Part shown: positions 33,946-48,204 of the stretch, piece after piece
How the letters are laid out: each line of letters begins with the position of its first letter
Position numbering within the stretch: the first letter of the stretch is position 1
Assembly (NCBI GenBank): GCA_964016885.1
Contig: OZ024741.1
Span: 158,844,001 to 158,908,000 of the forward strand
Origin: Eledone cirrhosa
Taxonomy: Eukaryota
DNA length: 64,000 bases
Direction: 5' to 3'
Translations under genes and position numbers: made by a program
Notes under the pieces: model-generated
Database searches by the model: none
What the model saw: only the letters and a program-made list of their open reading frames with translations
What the model was told of the DNA's origin: nothing

Positions 33946-34130
33946 ATTAATATAATGTGCTTAAAATCTAAATGCATGCAGTTTGTAGTGTATGAGGGTA
34001 TAGTATGTATGGATGCATTCAAACAAATGTCTGAACTAAACTGCAGGGGATCCACAATTTACAGACAACAACAATGCTTCTTCCATCTTTAAGAATGTTT
34101 TTTTTTTTACCATTGGTTTTTCATTTATTG

Positions 34131-34400
34131 TTAACCCTTTTGATACCAAACTGCCTGAAACCACCCTTGGTTCTATGATATAAAACTGTTTATCTTAAAA
34201 TGTCTATGTTTATCTAAAAACCTTTCATGACAATTTTATGTAAGACAATTTTATGTAAGAACCTTTCTTAAGTTATGTTCCAAGCACCAACTTAATAATG
34301 ATAAAATTAGATATATTACTAAATTCCTCCAAATACTTCAAAATTATTTGAAAATCATAGGCAGTATCTTTCACTAGAAACATGGTAACGAAAGGGTTAA
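34131..34400. mobile_element. TTAA-flanked MITE (piggyBac-like)
   Basis: TTAA-cccttttgatacca ... tggtaacgaaaggg-TTAA: terminal inverted repeats with TTAA duplication. Confidence 0.7.
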
Positions 34401-34617
34401 ATTAATTTTCTGAAATCAGAAGACAATTTCTTCTGTATACATCCTAGTCCACCCCATTCTAGAATGTTCTCCTCAACAAATCTCTCAGATTTTAATTAAA
34501 GTAAAATTAGATAAGATAAAAGAAGAAGCAACAAAATTTTTTTTAAAATGTAAACGAAACCAAAAAGAAGATAAAAAGAGAAAACAAGAGAGGACAGATC
34601 AGTATTATAGTGCATAC

Positions 34618-34687
34618 TTCAACGTATATGACCGCTTGAAGCTCGGTGAATTTTTGTCCAAGATTGTAATCTCAAAATCGGCCCAAT
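34618..34687 (-). CDS. Candidate 70-bp exon of the host gene downstream of the SH3 exon (..D-WADFEITILDKNSPSFKRSYTL)
   Basis: Non-repetitive GC-richer island with acceptor tacag and donor gtatgc. Open when entered in phase 1, matching the SH3 exon end. A competing upstream ttcag acceptor exists. No homology evidence. Confidence 0.3.
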
Positions 34688-34744
34688 CTGTACTTGCTCA
34701 CTGAAATGTCAAGTACAACAATTTTATAAGATACTATGTCGGTT

Positions 34745-34781
<37 letters not shown>

Positions 34782-34845
34782 CACACAGACAGATAGAAAG
34801 AAGTTGAAAAGGGAATGTATGTGTAGATAGGTAGTAGTAGTAGCA

Positions 34846-34886
<41 letters not shown>

Positions 34887-34887
<1 letters not shown>

Positions 34888-35150
34888 GTTTCTTTATTGG
34901 CCACAAGGGCTAACATGAAGAAAAACATTACAGACGGCACAGAACGGTACAGGACAATACAAAGTTTTGGCCATGTAAAAATAATAATAAATTTAAATAT
35001 GAATTTAATTCCAAAGAGAAGAAACCGGAACAGTTTTCTCTGATGAAGGGAATTTTAAGTCCCGAAATATTGGGACAAAAGAAACAACAGCAACAAAAAC
35101 AAACAAAGATTACCAGGTAACTAAATTTTTCATTAGTCATCTTACTGTCC
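34887..35150 (-). mobile_element. 3' end of an unclassified retroelement (related ends at 35752-35960 and 36598-36850)
   Basis: Three loci share (AAT)n-tttctttattggccacaagggc...acaggac, i.e. ...cttgtggccaataaagaaa(ATT)n on the minus strand. Confidence 0.45.
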
Positions 35151-35224
35151 ATTTTGCATTGTTTAGCCTTATATTACTTTCCACATTATAAAATGATAAT
35201 AATAATGATGAGGAGGAGGAGGAG

Positions 35225-35550
35225 GATTTCTAATTTAGGCACAAAGCCAGCAATTTAGGGGAAGGGATAAGTCAATTAATTCAACCCCAGTACTTGACTG
35301 ATACTTTATTTCATTGATCCTAAAAGTATAATAGTGATTTCTACGATAGGCACAAGGACAGCAATTTTTCATGGGGACGAAAAGTCGACTAAATCGAACC
35401 CAGTGCATTACTGGTGCTTTATTTTATTGACCCCGTAAGGATGAAAGGCAAAGCTAACCTCGGCAGGATTTGAACTCAAACGAAAAGGGCCATAACTCTA
35501 TGTCGCAAAGGATATTTTCCGGCGCTCTACTGACATTGCCAATCCATCAC
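35225..35550 (-). mobile_element. Partial plus full family-A SINEs
   Basis: Same core and B box as the other copies. Confidence 0.75.
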
Positions 35551-36082
35551 TCTGTCCTTAAAGTATAATAATACATTTCCATAGCTTGTGATCGTGGCTG
35601 AGTCAGCAGCTCAGCTTACCAATCACCTGATAACATTTTTATGCATTCGAACCCTGCAGTTTCCTTTAAGGCACACAGCGCTGTGCTCGGCAATGCAGTA
35701 ACAACGCGCAATAAAAATATGACTAACAACAACAACAATTATAGTAATAATTGTTTCTTTATTAGCCACACAGAACTAACACCAAGAAAACAGGAATCAT
35801 GATACAGGATGGCACAGGACGACACAGTGGGTTTTTGGTTTTAAAAAATGGTGGTAAAAGAAAAACGACAAACATAAAAAAATTCAAACAAAAGAAAATT
35901 CCCTAATAGGGGGAAGACTTCCAATAGTCATTCACGGAGAAAACCGACAAAAAAACACCCTCGCCCTAACCTATTAATATATTTTCCTTTGATTTCACTT
36001 TATATACAATGAATGCTCAGTACTTAGGTCAGGCACCGTTGGTTTTGATAGTTTTTGTTGGTTTAGATAGCTTTTCACCCCA

Positions 36083-36520
36083 CAGGGCGGTGGATTGGCA
36101 GTATCGGTAGAGGGTCGGACGACATACTTTGCAGCAAAGAGTTACGGTCCTTTATGATCTGAGTTCAAATCTGAGTTCAAATTGCTGGCCTTGTGCCAAA
36201 AGTAGAAACAATTATTATTATTATTATCATTATATTTTAAAAGGATTGACGTAACTCTTCACAAAGGTAAATAAACAATACGCATCGCGTGCTTCGTATA
36301 GTTTATTATTATTATTCTTGTTACTAAAGGGCGGTGGATTGGCAGTATCGGTAGAGGGTTGGACGCCATGCTTTCCAGCATAGTTACGTCCCTTTACGAT
36401 CTGAGTTCAAATCCCGCCGAGGTTGACTTTGCCTTTCATCCTTACGGGGTCGATAAAATAAAGTACCAGTAATGCACTGGGTAATTGCTGGCCTTGTGCC
36501 TAAAGTAGAAACAATTATTA
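36083..36520 (+). mobile_element. Two family-A SINEs (36083-36212 internally deleted; 36328-36520 full length)
   Basis: ggcggtggattggcagtatcggtag (A box), gagttcaaatccc (B box), gcctttcatccttacggggtcgataaaataaagtaccag (resembles the Deu/Nin SINE central domain, from recall), and (ATT)n tail. Confidence 0.85.
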
Positions 36521-36927
36521 TTTTTGTTACTATTATTACTACTACTACTACTATTACTACACCTATTACTACTATTACTACTATTATTATTATTATCATT
36601 TCATTTATTGCCACAAGGGCCCAAGACATTGGGGATAATACAAGGACAAAAATAGTAGAGAGTGTGGTTTACATCGAGTAAAAGAAAGGAGACATCACGA
36701 AAGAGAAAACAGCAGAAATAACAATAAAAGAAATTGTAATAAATATACATAACAATAGAAATCAATAACGGGTGTCAACAAGGACCAGTTCCCCAATAGT
36801 GGTGAACTGTACTTTATAATAATTCCAGGGAGAACCTCACACAAAACTCTGGATTACTCTGTCACCTCATTGGTATTGAAAATTCCATAATCAGAATATT
36901 CAGGCTCACCATAATAGTGATAATAAT

Positions 36928-37322
36928 AATGGCTTCTGATTTAGGCACAAGGCCAGTAATTTGGGGGGAGGAGAAAGTCGATTAAATCGACCCCAGTGCG
37001 TTACTGGTAATTTATTTTATCGACCCTATAAGGATGAAAGTCAAAGCTAACCTCAGCTGGATTTGAACTCAGAACATAAAGGGACGTAACTCTATGCCAC
37101 AAAGCATGGTGTCCAAAATAATAATAATAATAATAAGGATTTCTAGTAGAGGCACAAGGCCAGTAATTTGGTGGGAGGGGAAAGTTGATTAAATCGACCA
37201 CCAGTTCGTTACTGGTGCTTTATTTTATTGACCCCGTAAAGCAAATTAACCTCGGAGGGATTTGAACTCAGAATATAAAGGGCGTAACTCTATTCTGCAA
37301 AGCATGATGTCTGACGATAACG

Positions 37323-37368
<46 letters not shown>

Positions 37369-37435
37369 TGATGATGATGATGTTTTTTTAATTTAGGCAC
37401 AAAGCCAGTAATTTTTAAGGGAGGGGAAAGTCACC
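36928..37435 (-). mobile_element. Tandem family-A SINEs (two near-full, one 3' stub)
   Basis: Same motifs, separated by (AAT)n. Confidence 0.8.
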
Positions 37436-37977
37436 TAAGTTACCACCTAACAACATCGTAATAATTTCAGTTGTCATTGGAGTTTCGAGTTTGATTTGGT
37501 TAAAATTGTGAAGGAAACTCAAAACTAAGTGTTTGTGAAGCAAACTTCTTCACCACAGTGCCATGCCTATACATAAAGGTAAATATTGAATATTGTGTTT
37601 ATAAAATAGATATTATATGTTTTAGCAATAGAGTATTTTTGTTTGTATTTTGTTTAGAAAATGTGAAATACATTCAGAAAAGTTTTCTGGCTTGAAAATA
37701 AAATATGAAATAAAAAGAAAACTGATTAAAAGAAAATGAATCTTTAACTAACTATAAATACAATAACAAGTTCAGGCATACACAGACATAACCTTAACAC
37801 TGTCTAATTCTTCAAAGGAAGAAGGTGTTAATGGTCACAGGGAATGGCAGAGAATAGAAAGGCTGATGAAGTGGAAGAGAAACTTGCAGTCATAACTCCA
37901 AGGCTAAAATGTCTGGGAGTTCCAAAGACTCTCAAAATACAAATGAATGTGATAAACAAATGAATCAGTGAAATAGC

Positions 37978-38170
37978 CAACAATAACAGCAACTACAACA
38001 ATAACATCATCACCACTAGCAGCAGCAGTAGCAAAAAGAACAATAACAAGAGCAAAATCTACAACAACTATAACAACAACAGTAACAAGAGCAACAACAA
38101 CAACAATAACTGCAACAACTACCACAATAACAAAAAGTGATACAACAATTGCAGCAACTACCACAACAGC
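37978..38170. repeat. Degenerate (CAA/CAG)n low-complexity tract
   Basis: Direct reading. Confidence 0.8.
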
Positions 38171-38986
38171 TGCCTGTAATTTCACTGTTGCTAAGAAGGA
38201 TAACAGTAGGTGAACCACTGTTTGTTACTAAACACCCTGAAATTGCCCCTGGTCCTATGATACAAAACTGTTTATCATCATTTTTTCATCATCATCATCT
38301 TTTAACGTTCACTTTTCACACTAGCATGGGTCAGATGAGTTGTCCCATTTGGAGCAAGTTGGGTCAGGTGACTGTGTCATGCTCATATAGAACTGTTTCT
38401 GGCTAAAATTCTATAGCTGGATGCCTTTCCTGACACCAACTACATTGTGTGCTGGGTGCTTTTTGTCGTGACTCCTACATGATTTTGATATTTATTTTGA
38501 AAACACTACCTTAATATAAGTATGAGATCCGGTTACAGCCGGTTTGAACAGAAAGAGGTGAGAGAATTCCTGCTGGATGTGGCAGGTTTAAATACTAAAG
38601 GGTTAATACTAAAAAAGGTGAGTTATATTATTACTCAACCTGAAAGTCTTTTGGGTCCTTCAGATTATTCATTGCATGATAAATACTCTGAAGGACTCTA
38701 CCTTACTAGACATATAGATATATGTAATCAATCTCATAGTATTATTCTCACACCTAAGAAGTGCTATTTTTGTTTTTGCCAATGCACTCAAAATTCTCCT
38801 GATTATATGGATTCTGATTTAAATTAAGGGTTCCTATTTTTATGAAACAAAACTATCCATTTTAAAGGGTTCCTATTTAAATTTCCTATGTAATTTTATA
38901 TAAGGACCTTTTGCTAAGTTACATTAAAATACCATCTTAATAAATGAAATAATTAATAATTTTAATAAATCCCTCCAAATTCTTTA

Positions 38987-39207
38987 TTAACTCTTAACAT
39001 TCTGTACCACACAAAACCTTATAAACAAAACATTCTTGAAAAGTACAAAACAGTGTTATGACTGCATCACATTGTAAATTAAAATATTTAGTTTACTGCA
39101 AATTTTCACAATGAACTGTCCATTAATAAAGATACTACAAACATTTGAATTAACAAACCAGTTTTTAGATATTTTCTGCTAAATCATTATAGGATGCTAA
39201 GAGTTAA
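38987..39207. mobile_element. TTAA-flanked MITE nested in a fragmented piggyBac-like MITE (38212-39257)
   Basis: TTAA-ctcttaacattct ... aggatgctaagag-TTAA. Flanking pieces resemble 34131-34400. Confidence 0.55.
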
Positions 39208-39269
39208 TTAGTTCAAATGCAGTGTTTTTATTCAATTAGATAGCAATGAAAGGATTAATCTTACTCTCT

Positions 39270-40190
39270 CCCCTAGTACATGACCGGTACTTATTTTATC
39301 ATCTTTGGAAAGATTAAAGGCAAAACCAAACACAATGTGACTTGAGTTCTGAACCTAAAGAGACATAACTAAATGCAACATGGCCTTTAACCCCAACGCT
39401 CTGCTCATTTAGCCATCAGCCACACTAACAAAAAACAATAATAATAAGGGTTTCTAATTTAGGCACAAGGTCAACAATTTGTGGGAAAGGAAAGATTGAT
39501 TAAATCAATTCCAGTAATTGACTGGTACTTTATTTTATCGAGCCAAAATGGATGAAAGGCAAAGTGGACTTCAGAAAGATTTGAACTCAGAACGTAAAAA
39601 GCCGGAACAAATAATGCAAAAAATTTGTCTGATGCTCTAATGATTCTGCCAATTAATAGTGATTTCTAACCATGCTGTACATTTTTAGGGAAAACTATAA
39701 TCAAATTAAGGTGGCAAATGTGCAGAACCCTAGTACATGGGACAAAATGCCTTGCAAGATATATCTTGACTCTCCTTTCAGAGTTGATAAATAAAGTACC
39801 AGTCCAAGGCAGTGGATAGGAAAAATTGTTAGGGTGCCTTATGGTAGTTGTTTCAGCCTTTTGTATTCTGAGTTCCTCTTCTGCCACTATGGAAGGGATT
39901 GGATTTTCATCATGTACAAAACCATAGGTAACCATGGATAGCATTAGAATAACCCTTGCTATTGAATCTGTTGAGAGCAGATGGTACCTGATGTTGATGA
40001 TGATGATGATGATGATGATAGTTGAATTAGTGAATTCCAGTACATGACTGTTACGTATTTTATTGACACAAGGAGAATCAAAATGAACATTGATTTTGGC
40101 AGGATTTAAACTCAGAATGTAAAGTGCCATAACGAAATGCTGTAGGTGCTTTTTTTTTGTCCAACGCTCTACTGATTTTGTCATTTAACT
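39270..40190 (-). mobile_element. Several diverged family-A SINEs (39270-39425, 39448-39655, 40020-40190)
   Basis: Degenerate ggtactttattttatcg..ggatgaaaggcaaagt..gatttgaactcagaa blocks. Confidence 0.65.
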
Positions 40191-40293
40191 GTCCTAATAA
40201 CAACAACAATGACTACAACAGCAACAGAAACAAAAACTACAACAATAAAAATAGTAATAATGCTAATAAAACAAATAAAAGAAGACTACTCAC

Positions 40294-40522
40294 CTATGCT
40301 TGATGAAGATGCACTGGTAGACTGAGATTGGCGTTTAATAACAGGCTCCAGGTATGTGGATGGGACCCATCCCTCCTCAGAACTACCCAGATGTCTTGCT
40401 AGCCACCAGCCTTTTGCTCCAATACGCAATATCTCAACTATATCATTTTCTTGTAAAGTTAATTCTGAACTATCTACAGGTATATAATCAGCAAGGACAG
40501 AAAACCGTTGTAAAAAGGAGGG
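40294..40522 (-). CDS. Host-gene exon encoding an SH3 domain (possibly the C-terminal SH3 of a DBS/MCF2L- or Trio-family RhoGEF)
   Basis: PSFLQRFSVLADYIPVDSSELTLQENDIVEILRIGAKGWWLARHLGSSEEGWVPSTYLEPV has the SH3 motifs (ADY..EL....D, WW, GWVP..Y). Polypyrimidine tract and tgcag acceptor (phase 0); gtgagt donor (phase 1). Confidence 0.88.
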
Positions 40523-40714
40523 CTGCAAAAGGAAAAAAGAAAACAACAAAAAACATAAATTTGGCAAAATATGAAAAAATATAAATTAATTTTTTAACTT
40601 TTATTTTTTTTATTTTTTTAAAAATATCTTTGCAACGACATATTTGATTTTATTCCTTATTTACTTTAATACTGGGATTGATGAGTTAATATCTGTATAC
40701 AACAACTACAACTT

Positions 40715-40972
40715 ATGAAATGAGACGATTTGAAATTTGGAATATGTGCATCTCAACACTAAAATGACTGTAAGAACAGTTAATCACTATAAATAATAAT
40801 TGAGATAATTGAGTAAATTACCCCTGGAGATGAAAAACAAAATGGACAGAAGTACATCTGTCCACTTTTTTCATATCCAGGGGTTTTTTAACTCAATTTT
40901 CTCTACTAATATTTATAGTGCTTGATTGTTCTTACAGTCATTTTCTGTGTTGGGCCTCTCATATTTCAAATA
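40715..40972. mobile_element. Older imperfect fold-back element
   Basis: aaaatgactgtaagaaca...cccctggagatgaaaaa..tggacaga / tctgtcca..tttttcatatccagggg...tgttcttacagtcatttt; related to 32543-32775. Confidence 0.7.
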
Positions 40973-41047
40973 TAAATAGAATATATATTTTATTAAAATG
41001 CATTTATGATATTTTGTATTCAAATTGGAGGTTAAATGCTATATAAA

Positions 41048-41510
41048 TACTGTATATACTCATGTAAAAGTTGAATTTTTTAGATCGTTTTTAAGGTTAA
41101 ATTTATGGGGTCAACTATTATATGGATCACTACATTTGAGTGACTTGAAATACAAGCTAGAATCCAAAGTACTATATCAATAACAGAAGCGCAACTGGTC
41201 TCTAAACAAAACAAAAAACACAATGAATTACAGTAATATTACCAATTCTATTCATCAAAACATATGTCCTAGTAAATTACAAAATCCATAAGCAAAGCCA
41301 TGTAGCTTTTATAAATATTTACACTTGCTCTTTTACTTGTATCCATCAACGTTAACAGACTAGCTTAGACCCACAAATGATGACATGTTATCCGTTAAAT
41401 ACTAGGGTTAACTTTTATACGAGATCTATGAAAAATGCCAGATTTTTATTTGCTAAAAATAGTGGGTCAACTTTTCCATGGGATCGACTATTACTCGAAT
41501 ATCTACAGTA
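41048..41510. mobile_element. TA-flanked Tc1/mariner (pogo/Tc2-like) MITE
   Basis: TA-ctgtatatactcatgtaaaagttga ... tcgactattactcgaatatctacag-TA, with subterminal gggtcaact repeats. Confidence 0.65.
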
Positions 41511-41520
41511 TATATATATA

Positions 41521-41840
41521 TTAGGTGATTCAATAAATTCGAGGTTTACTGAGGAAGGTATCAGTATTAAAACTCTATACTGTAGCAAAGTATATACACT
41601 AAAAAGAACAAAACAAGGTCACATTGAGGTTTTTATTGTTTGGGCTCAGTTACAAAAACGTTTCACAGATGGGTGGCTCAAGATTCATATTTGTGTTACA
41701 GACTCAACTCCAGCCTCAATCTTTTCATCAGACTTGATAATCAATAATCAAGCAAAACGAGCCACCCATCTGTGAAATGTTTGTAATTGTGTCCAATAAA
41801 AACCTCAATGTGAGACCTCGTTTTATTCTTCTTAGTATAT
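41521..41840. mobile_element. Fold-back element with left tail and a degenerate hammerhead-like core (41648-41734, minus)
   Basis: Arms tatacactaaaaagaacaaaac...tttcacagatgggtggctc / gagccacccatctgtgaaa...gttttattcttcttagtata. Minus strand has AGT CTGATGA ... GAAA CGTTTTTG TA ACT. Confidence 0.7.
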
Positions 41841-41856
41841 ATATATATATATATAT

Positions 41857-42300
<444 letters not shown>

Positions 42301-42669
42301 CGTTTAAGATAGACGTTAAACGATATATATATATATATGTTGGTTTATGAACTATGCGAAGAGAATCCATGCAACCTCAGCCAATATTATAAAATTTAGA
42401 CATAGTAAAATACAAACTTATAACTCAATGTAAGGAAATGGCAACATTGATAATTTCTGTACTACAGTCTGATCATAACAGTTACAAATACAACTGTTAT
42501 TCACACTAGTTATGTAATATCTGCAGACATTAATACCCAACTATATGTGTATATGTCTGTATCAACTGATGCTGTTGATATATGTAAACTTCATCCTAAT
42601 TAATTGGTTAGTCCATTGAAATCTTCTTTGTGAAGAAAAAAAAGGGAAAATTATTATTGTTTTAAATAA

Positions 42670-42795
42670 TTGTTTCTACTTTAGGCACAAGGCCAGAAAC
42701 TTTGGGGGAGGGAAAAGACAATTAAATCGACCCCAGTGCATTACTGGTGCATTATTTTACCGACCCCGTAAGGATGAAAGGCAAAGCTAACCTCA
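42670..42795 (-). mobile_element. 3' half of a family-A SINE
   Basis: Same core sequence. Confidence 0.7.
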
Positions 42796-43291
42796 GCTTG
42801 TTTTAAACAATATTTTGCATGTTTCCTTTTCCTTTTCTTTTGGTAGAACAAGATTCAAACATGGTATGGGAAAAAAATTAATATACCCTGCTTCCCTATC
42901 AGGCAGGATATAAATTATTTCTATCAAGCAGGGAAAAGCGGACGTAAAATGATGATGATGATGATGATTATACAGAAAATATGCCAACAACATCATCATA
43001 ATTTAAAGTCCACTTTTCCTGCTAGGAAGGGTTTGATGGGTCATCAGCAGACCAAGTAGATACTTAAAGTGAAGATACTGACCCCATGGTGGGCCAGGAA
43101 TCTGCATCTTATTTATGTTCCTGCACTCTACTGAGTGCTCAGATAGGCCAGAAGTTCACAACTTCCTTACATACGATCCAGCACATTACCAAGTGCATTT
43201 TATCATGACAACAATAATAAGGAGGTTCTCATGTCCTTCACACAGCTGAAGAATCCTCCCAATCTGTGCTAGAAAGATCATACTAAATTCT

Positions 43292-46200
43292 CAGTCATAA
43301 CTCCTTAGTAACTATCCCCAACACACCAGTCATAACTCCTTAGTACCTATCCCCAACACACCAGTCATAACTGTTTAATAACTATCCCCAACACACCAGT
43401 CATAACTGTTTAATAACTATCCCCAACACACCAGTCATAACTCCTTAGTACCTATCCCCAACACACCAGTCATAACTGTTTAATAACTATCCCCAACACA
43501 CCAGTCATAACTCCTTAGTACCTATCCCCAACACACCAGTCATAACTGTTTAGTACCTATCCCCAACACACCAGTCATAACTCCTTAGTAACTATCCCCA
43601 ACACACCAGTCATAACTGCTTAGTACCTATCCCCAACACACCAGTCATAACTCCTTAGTAACTATCCCCAACACACCAGTCATAACTCCTTAGTACCTAT
43701 CCCCAACACACCAGTCATAACTGTTTAATAACTATCCCCAACACACCAGTCATAACTGTTTAATAACTATCCCCAACACACCAGTCATAACTCCTTAGTA
43801 CCTATCCCCAACACACCAGTCATAACTGTTTAGTACCTATCCCCAACACACCAGTCATAACTCCTTAGTACCTATCCCCAACACACCAGTCATAACTGTT
43901 TAGTACCTATCCCCAACACACCAGTCATAACTCCTTAGTAACTATCCCCAACACACCAGTCATAACTGCTTAGTACCTATCCCCAACACACCAGTCATAA
44001 CTCCTTAGTAACTATCCCCAACACACCAGTCATAACTGTTTAGTACCTATCCCCAACACACCAGTCATAACTCCTTAGTACCTATCCCCAACACACCAGT
44101 CATAACTCCTTAGTACCTATCCCCAACACACCAGTCATAACTCCTTAGTACCTATCCCCAACACACCAGTCATAACTCCTTAGTACTTATCCCCAACACA
44201 CCAGTCATAACTCCTTAGTACCTATCCCCAACACACCAGTCATAACTGTTTAGTACCTATCCCCAACACACCAGTCATAACTGCTTAGTACCTATCCCCA
44301 ACACACCAGTCATAACTCCTTAGTACCTATCCCCAACACACCAGTCATAACTCCTTAGTACCTATCCCCAACACACCAGTCATAACTCCTTAGTACCTAT
44401 CCCCAACACACCAGTCATAACTCCTTAGAACCTATCCCCAACACACCAGTCATAACTGTTTAGTAACTATCCCCAACACACCAGTCATAACTGCTTAGTA
44501 CCTATCCCCAACACACCAGTCATAACTCCTTAGTACCTATCCCCAACACACCAGTCATAACTCCTTAGTACCTATCCCCAACACACCAGTCATAACTGCT
44601 TAGTACCTATCCCCAACACACCAGTCATAACTCCTTAGTACCTATCCCCAACACACCAGTCATAACTGCTTAGTACCTATCCCCAACACACCAGTCATAA
44701 CTCCTTAGTACCTATCCCCAACACACCAGTCATAACTGCTTAGTACCTATCCCCAACACACCAGTCATAACTCCTTAGTACCTATCCCCAACACACCAGT
44801 CATAACTCCTTAGTACCTATCCCCAACACACCAGTCATAACTCCTTAGTACCTATCCCCAACACACCAGTCATAACTCCTTAGTACCTATCCCCAACACA
44901 CCAGTCATAACTGTTTAGTAACTATCCCCAACACACCAGTCATAACTGCTTAGTACCTATCCCCAACACACCAGTCATAACTCCTTAGTACCTATCCCCA
45001 ACACACCAGTCATAACTGCTTAGTACCTATCCCCAACACACCAGTCATAACTCCTTAGTACCTATCCCCAACACACCAGTCATAACTCCTTAGTACCTAT
45101 CCCCAACACACCAGTCATAACTGCTTAGTACCTATCCCCAACACACCAGTCATAACTCCTTAGTACCTATCCCCAACACACCAGTCATAACTGCTTAGTA
45201 CCTATCCCCAACACACCAGTCATAACTCCTTAGTACCTATCCCCAACACACCAGTCATAACTGCTTAGTACCTATCCCCAACACACCAGTCATAACTCCT
45301 TAGTACCTATCCCCAACACACCAGTCATAACTCCTTAGTACCTATCCCCAACACACCAGTCATAACTCCTTAGTACCTATCCCCAACACACCAGTCATAA
45401 CTCCTTAGTACCTATCCCCAACACACCAGTCATAACTCCTTAGTACCTATCCCCAACACACCAGTCATAACTGTTTAGTAACTATCCCCAACACACCAGT
45501 CATAACTGCTTAGTACCTATCCCCAACACACCAGTCATAACTCCTTAGTACCTATCCCCAACACACCAGTCATAACTGCTTAGTACCTATCCCCAACACA
45601 CCAGTCATAACTCCTTAGTACCTATCCCCAACACACCAGTCATAACTCCTTAGTACCTATCCCCAACACACCAGTCATAACTGCTTAGTACCTATCCCCA
45701 ACACACCAGTCATAACTCCTTAGTACCTATCCCCAACACACCAGTCATAACTCCTTAGTACCTATCCCCAACACACCAGTCATAACTCCTTAGTACCTAT
45801 CCCCAACACACCAGTCATAACTCCTTAGTACCTATCCCCAACACACCAGTCATAACTGTTTAGTAACTATCCCCAACACACCAGTCATAACTGCTTAGTA
45901 CCTATCCCCAACACACCAGTCATAACTCCTTAGTACCTATCCCCAACACACCAGTCATAACTGCTTAGTACCTATCCCCAACACACCAGTCATAACTCCT
46001 TAGTACCTATCCCCAACACACCAGTCATAACTCCTTAGTACCTATCCCCAACACACCAGTCATAACTCCTTAGTACCTATCCCCAACACACCAGTCATAA
46101 CTGCTTAGTACCTATCCCCAACACACCAGTCATAACTCCTTAGTACCTATCCCCAACACACCAGTCATAACTCCTTAGTACCTATCCCCAACACACCAGT

Positions 46201-47153
46201 CATAACTCCTTAGTACCTATCTCCAACACACCAGTCATAACTCCTTAGTACCTATCCCCAACACACCAGTCATAACTCCTTAGTACCTATCCCCAACACA
46301 CCAGTCATAACTCCTTAGTACCTATCCCCAACACACCAGTCATAACTCCTTAGTACCTATCCCCAACACACCAGTCATAACTGCTTAGTAACTATCCCCA
46401 ACACACCAGTCATAACTCCTTAGTACCTATCCCCAACACACCAGTCATAACTCCTTAGTACCTATCCCCAACACACCAGTCATAACTCCTTAGTACCTAT
46501 CCCCAACACACCAGTCATAACTGCTTAGTACCTATCCCCAACACACCAGTCATAACTCCTTAGTACCTATCCCCAACACACCAGTCATAACTCCTTAGTA
46601 CCTATCCCCAACACACCAGTCATAACTCCTTAGTACCTATCCCCAACACACCAGTCATAACTCCTTAGTACCTATCCCCAACACACCAGTCATAACTCCT
46701 TAGTACCTATCCCCAACACACCAGTCATAACTGCTTAGTACCTATCCCCAACACACCAGTCATAACTCCTTAGTACCTATCCCCAACACACCAGTCATAA
46801 CTGTTTAGTACCTATCCCCAACACACCAGTCATAACTCCTTAGTACCTATCCCCAACACACCAGTCATAACTGCTTAGTACCTATCCCCAACACACCAGT
46901 CATAACTCCTTAGTACCTATCCCCAACACACCAGTCATAACTCCTTAGTACCTATCCCCAACACACCAGTCATAACTCCTTAGTACCTATCCCCAACACA
47001 CCAGTCATAACTCCTTAGTACCTATCCCCAACACACCAGTCATAACTGTTTAGTAACTATCCCCAACACACCAGTCATAACTGCTTAGTACCTATCCCCA
47101 ACACACCAGTCATAACTGTTTAGTAACTATCCATAACACGGCAGTCAAAACTC
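43292..47153 (+). repeat. 35-bp minisatellite, ~110 copies
   Basis: Unit ccagtcataactccttagtacctatccccaacaca, with variants ctcct/ctgct/ctgtt and tacct/taact. Confidence 0.97.
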
Positions 47154-47319
47154 CTGTCATACGTCAATATGGACGTAATTTGAAGACCTACACATATGAC
47201 CTGGGAGAGGGGTATTTTATAAGCATTGCTCCTAAATACTGTACTATATAACTAATACATTTATTTTATCTTTTTTTTTTATGCCATATTATACATATTT
47301 ACCAATATATATTTACCCG

Positions 47320-47925
47320 AGCAGTTGGTAGGTTTGATGCCAAGTGCTGCATGGCTGGAATGAAAATCAATGCTGCGAAACTGAGACATTCATCCTCTCA
47401 AGCAAACTTGTGCACTGCACTCTACATGTGAATGGAGTTCCACTGAAGCAGGTGGAGAAGTTCAAGTATCTCGGGGTCATGTTCATGAATGATGAAAGGT
47501 AGGAGGCTGAATTAAGTGCAATAATTGTGGGAGCTAGTGCAGTAATGTGCCAGCTTCAACATTCGATCGTCAGAAGAAGGGAGATAGGTATAAGAGCCAA
47601 ACTCACTATCTTCAAATTGGTATTTATTCTAACCCTTAACTATGGTCATAAATCTTGAGTAATGACCGAAAAAATACAATCACGAATCCAAGCAACTGAA
47701 ATGAGAATGTCTCAGGAAAGAATCACTGGACAGATTTTACGGGCAAAACCAACCAGCAGGAACCCGGGGTTAAACCCCAAGCAAGATGGTTGGATAACAT
47801 CCATGAACTTGGCTGGTCTCGTTTGGGGATCCAGCCAGATCAGTTGGAAACTGTTGCTTCCAACAGGATCCCCTGGAAGGAATGTTTGAGGACTCTCAGG
47901 AATAAGTGGGTGAAGAAGAAGAGAA
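47320..47925 (+). mobile_element. Decayed RTE-clade LINE 3' fragment (family 2)
   Basis: GMKINAAK..., LKQVEKFKYLGV, LNYGHKS*VMTEKIQSRIQATEMR; 3' end alignable to 4610-4852; (GAA)n tail. Confidence 0.75.
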
Positions 47926-48204
47926 GATTCTTTTTCTGATTTGTATATACACGTTTGGATGTAAGAATATTTGAAGGTAACTGTTGAAGCTTAAAAGATA
48001 TCAAGAGTAAATGCGTATGCATGGAAATATAAATGATCGTAACTGCAAGTATTTGTAAGTAGCATGTTTTATAATGTTTTAATAAGTGTAATACTTTGCA
48101 GATATATAGAGTACTAAAAAAAGATAAAAATAGAAAAAAAAAGGAGGAAGACTAGTATACTTAATAACATACTACAGCAAAAGGGTGCTGGTGTCTCCCT
48201 CTAA

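Noticed and set aside
35036-35080. CTGATGA-aggga...tccc-GAAA hammerhead-like core (similar cccgaaatattggga at ~7858)
   Set aside because: No convincing stem III, UH cleavage site or closing stem I could be drawn; at best a decayed or variant motif.
36328-36420. tRNA gene
   Set aside because: A and B boxes are present, but it continues into a SINE body repeated many times in the window and no cloverleaf is evident.
43292-47153. 35-bp repeat of CRISPR-like length
   Set aside because: Units are directly adjacent with no unique spacers.
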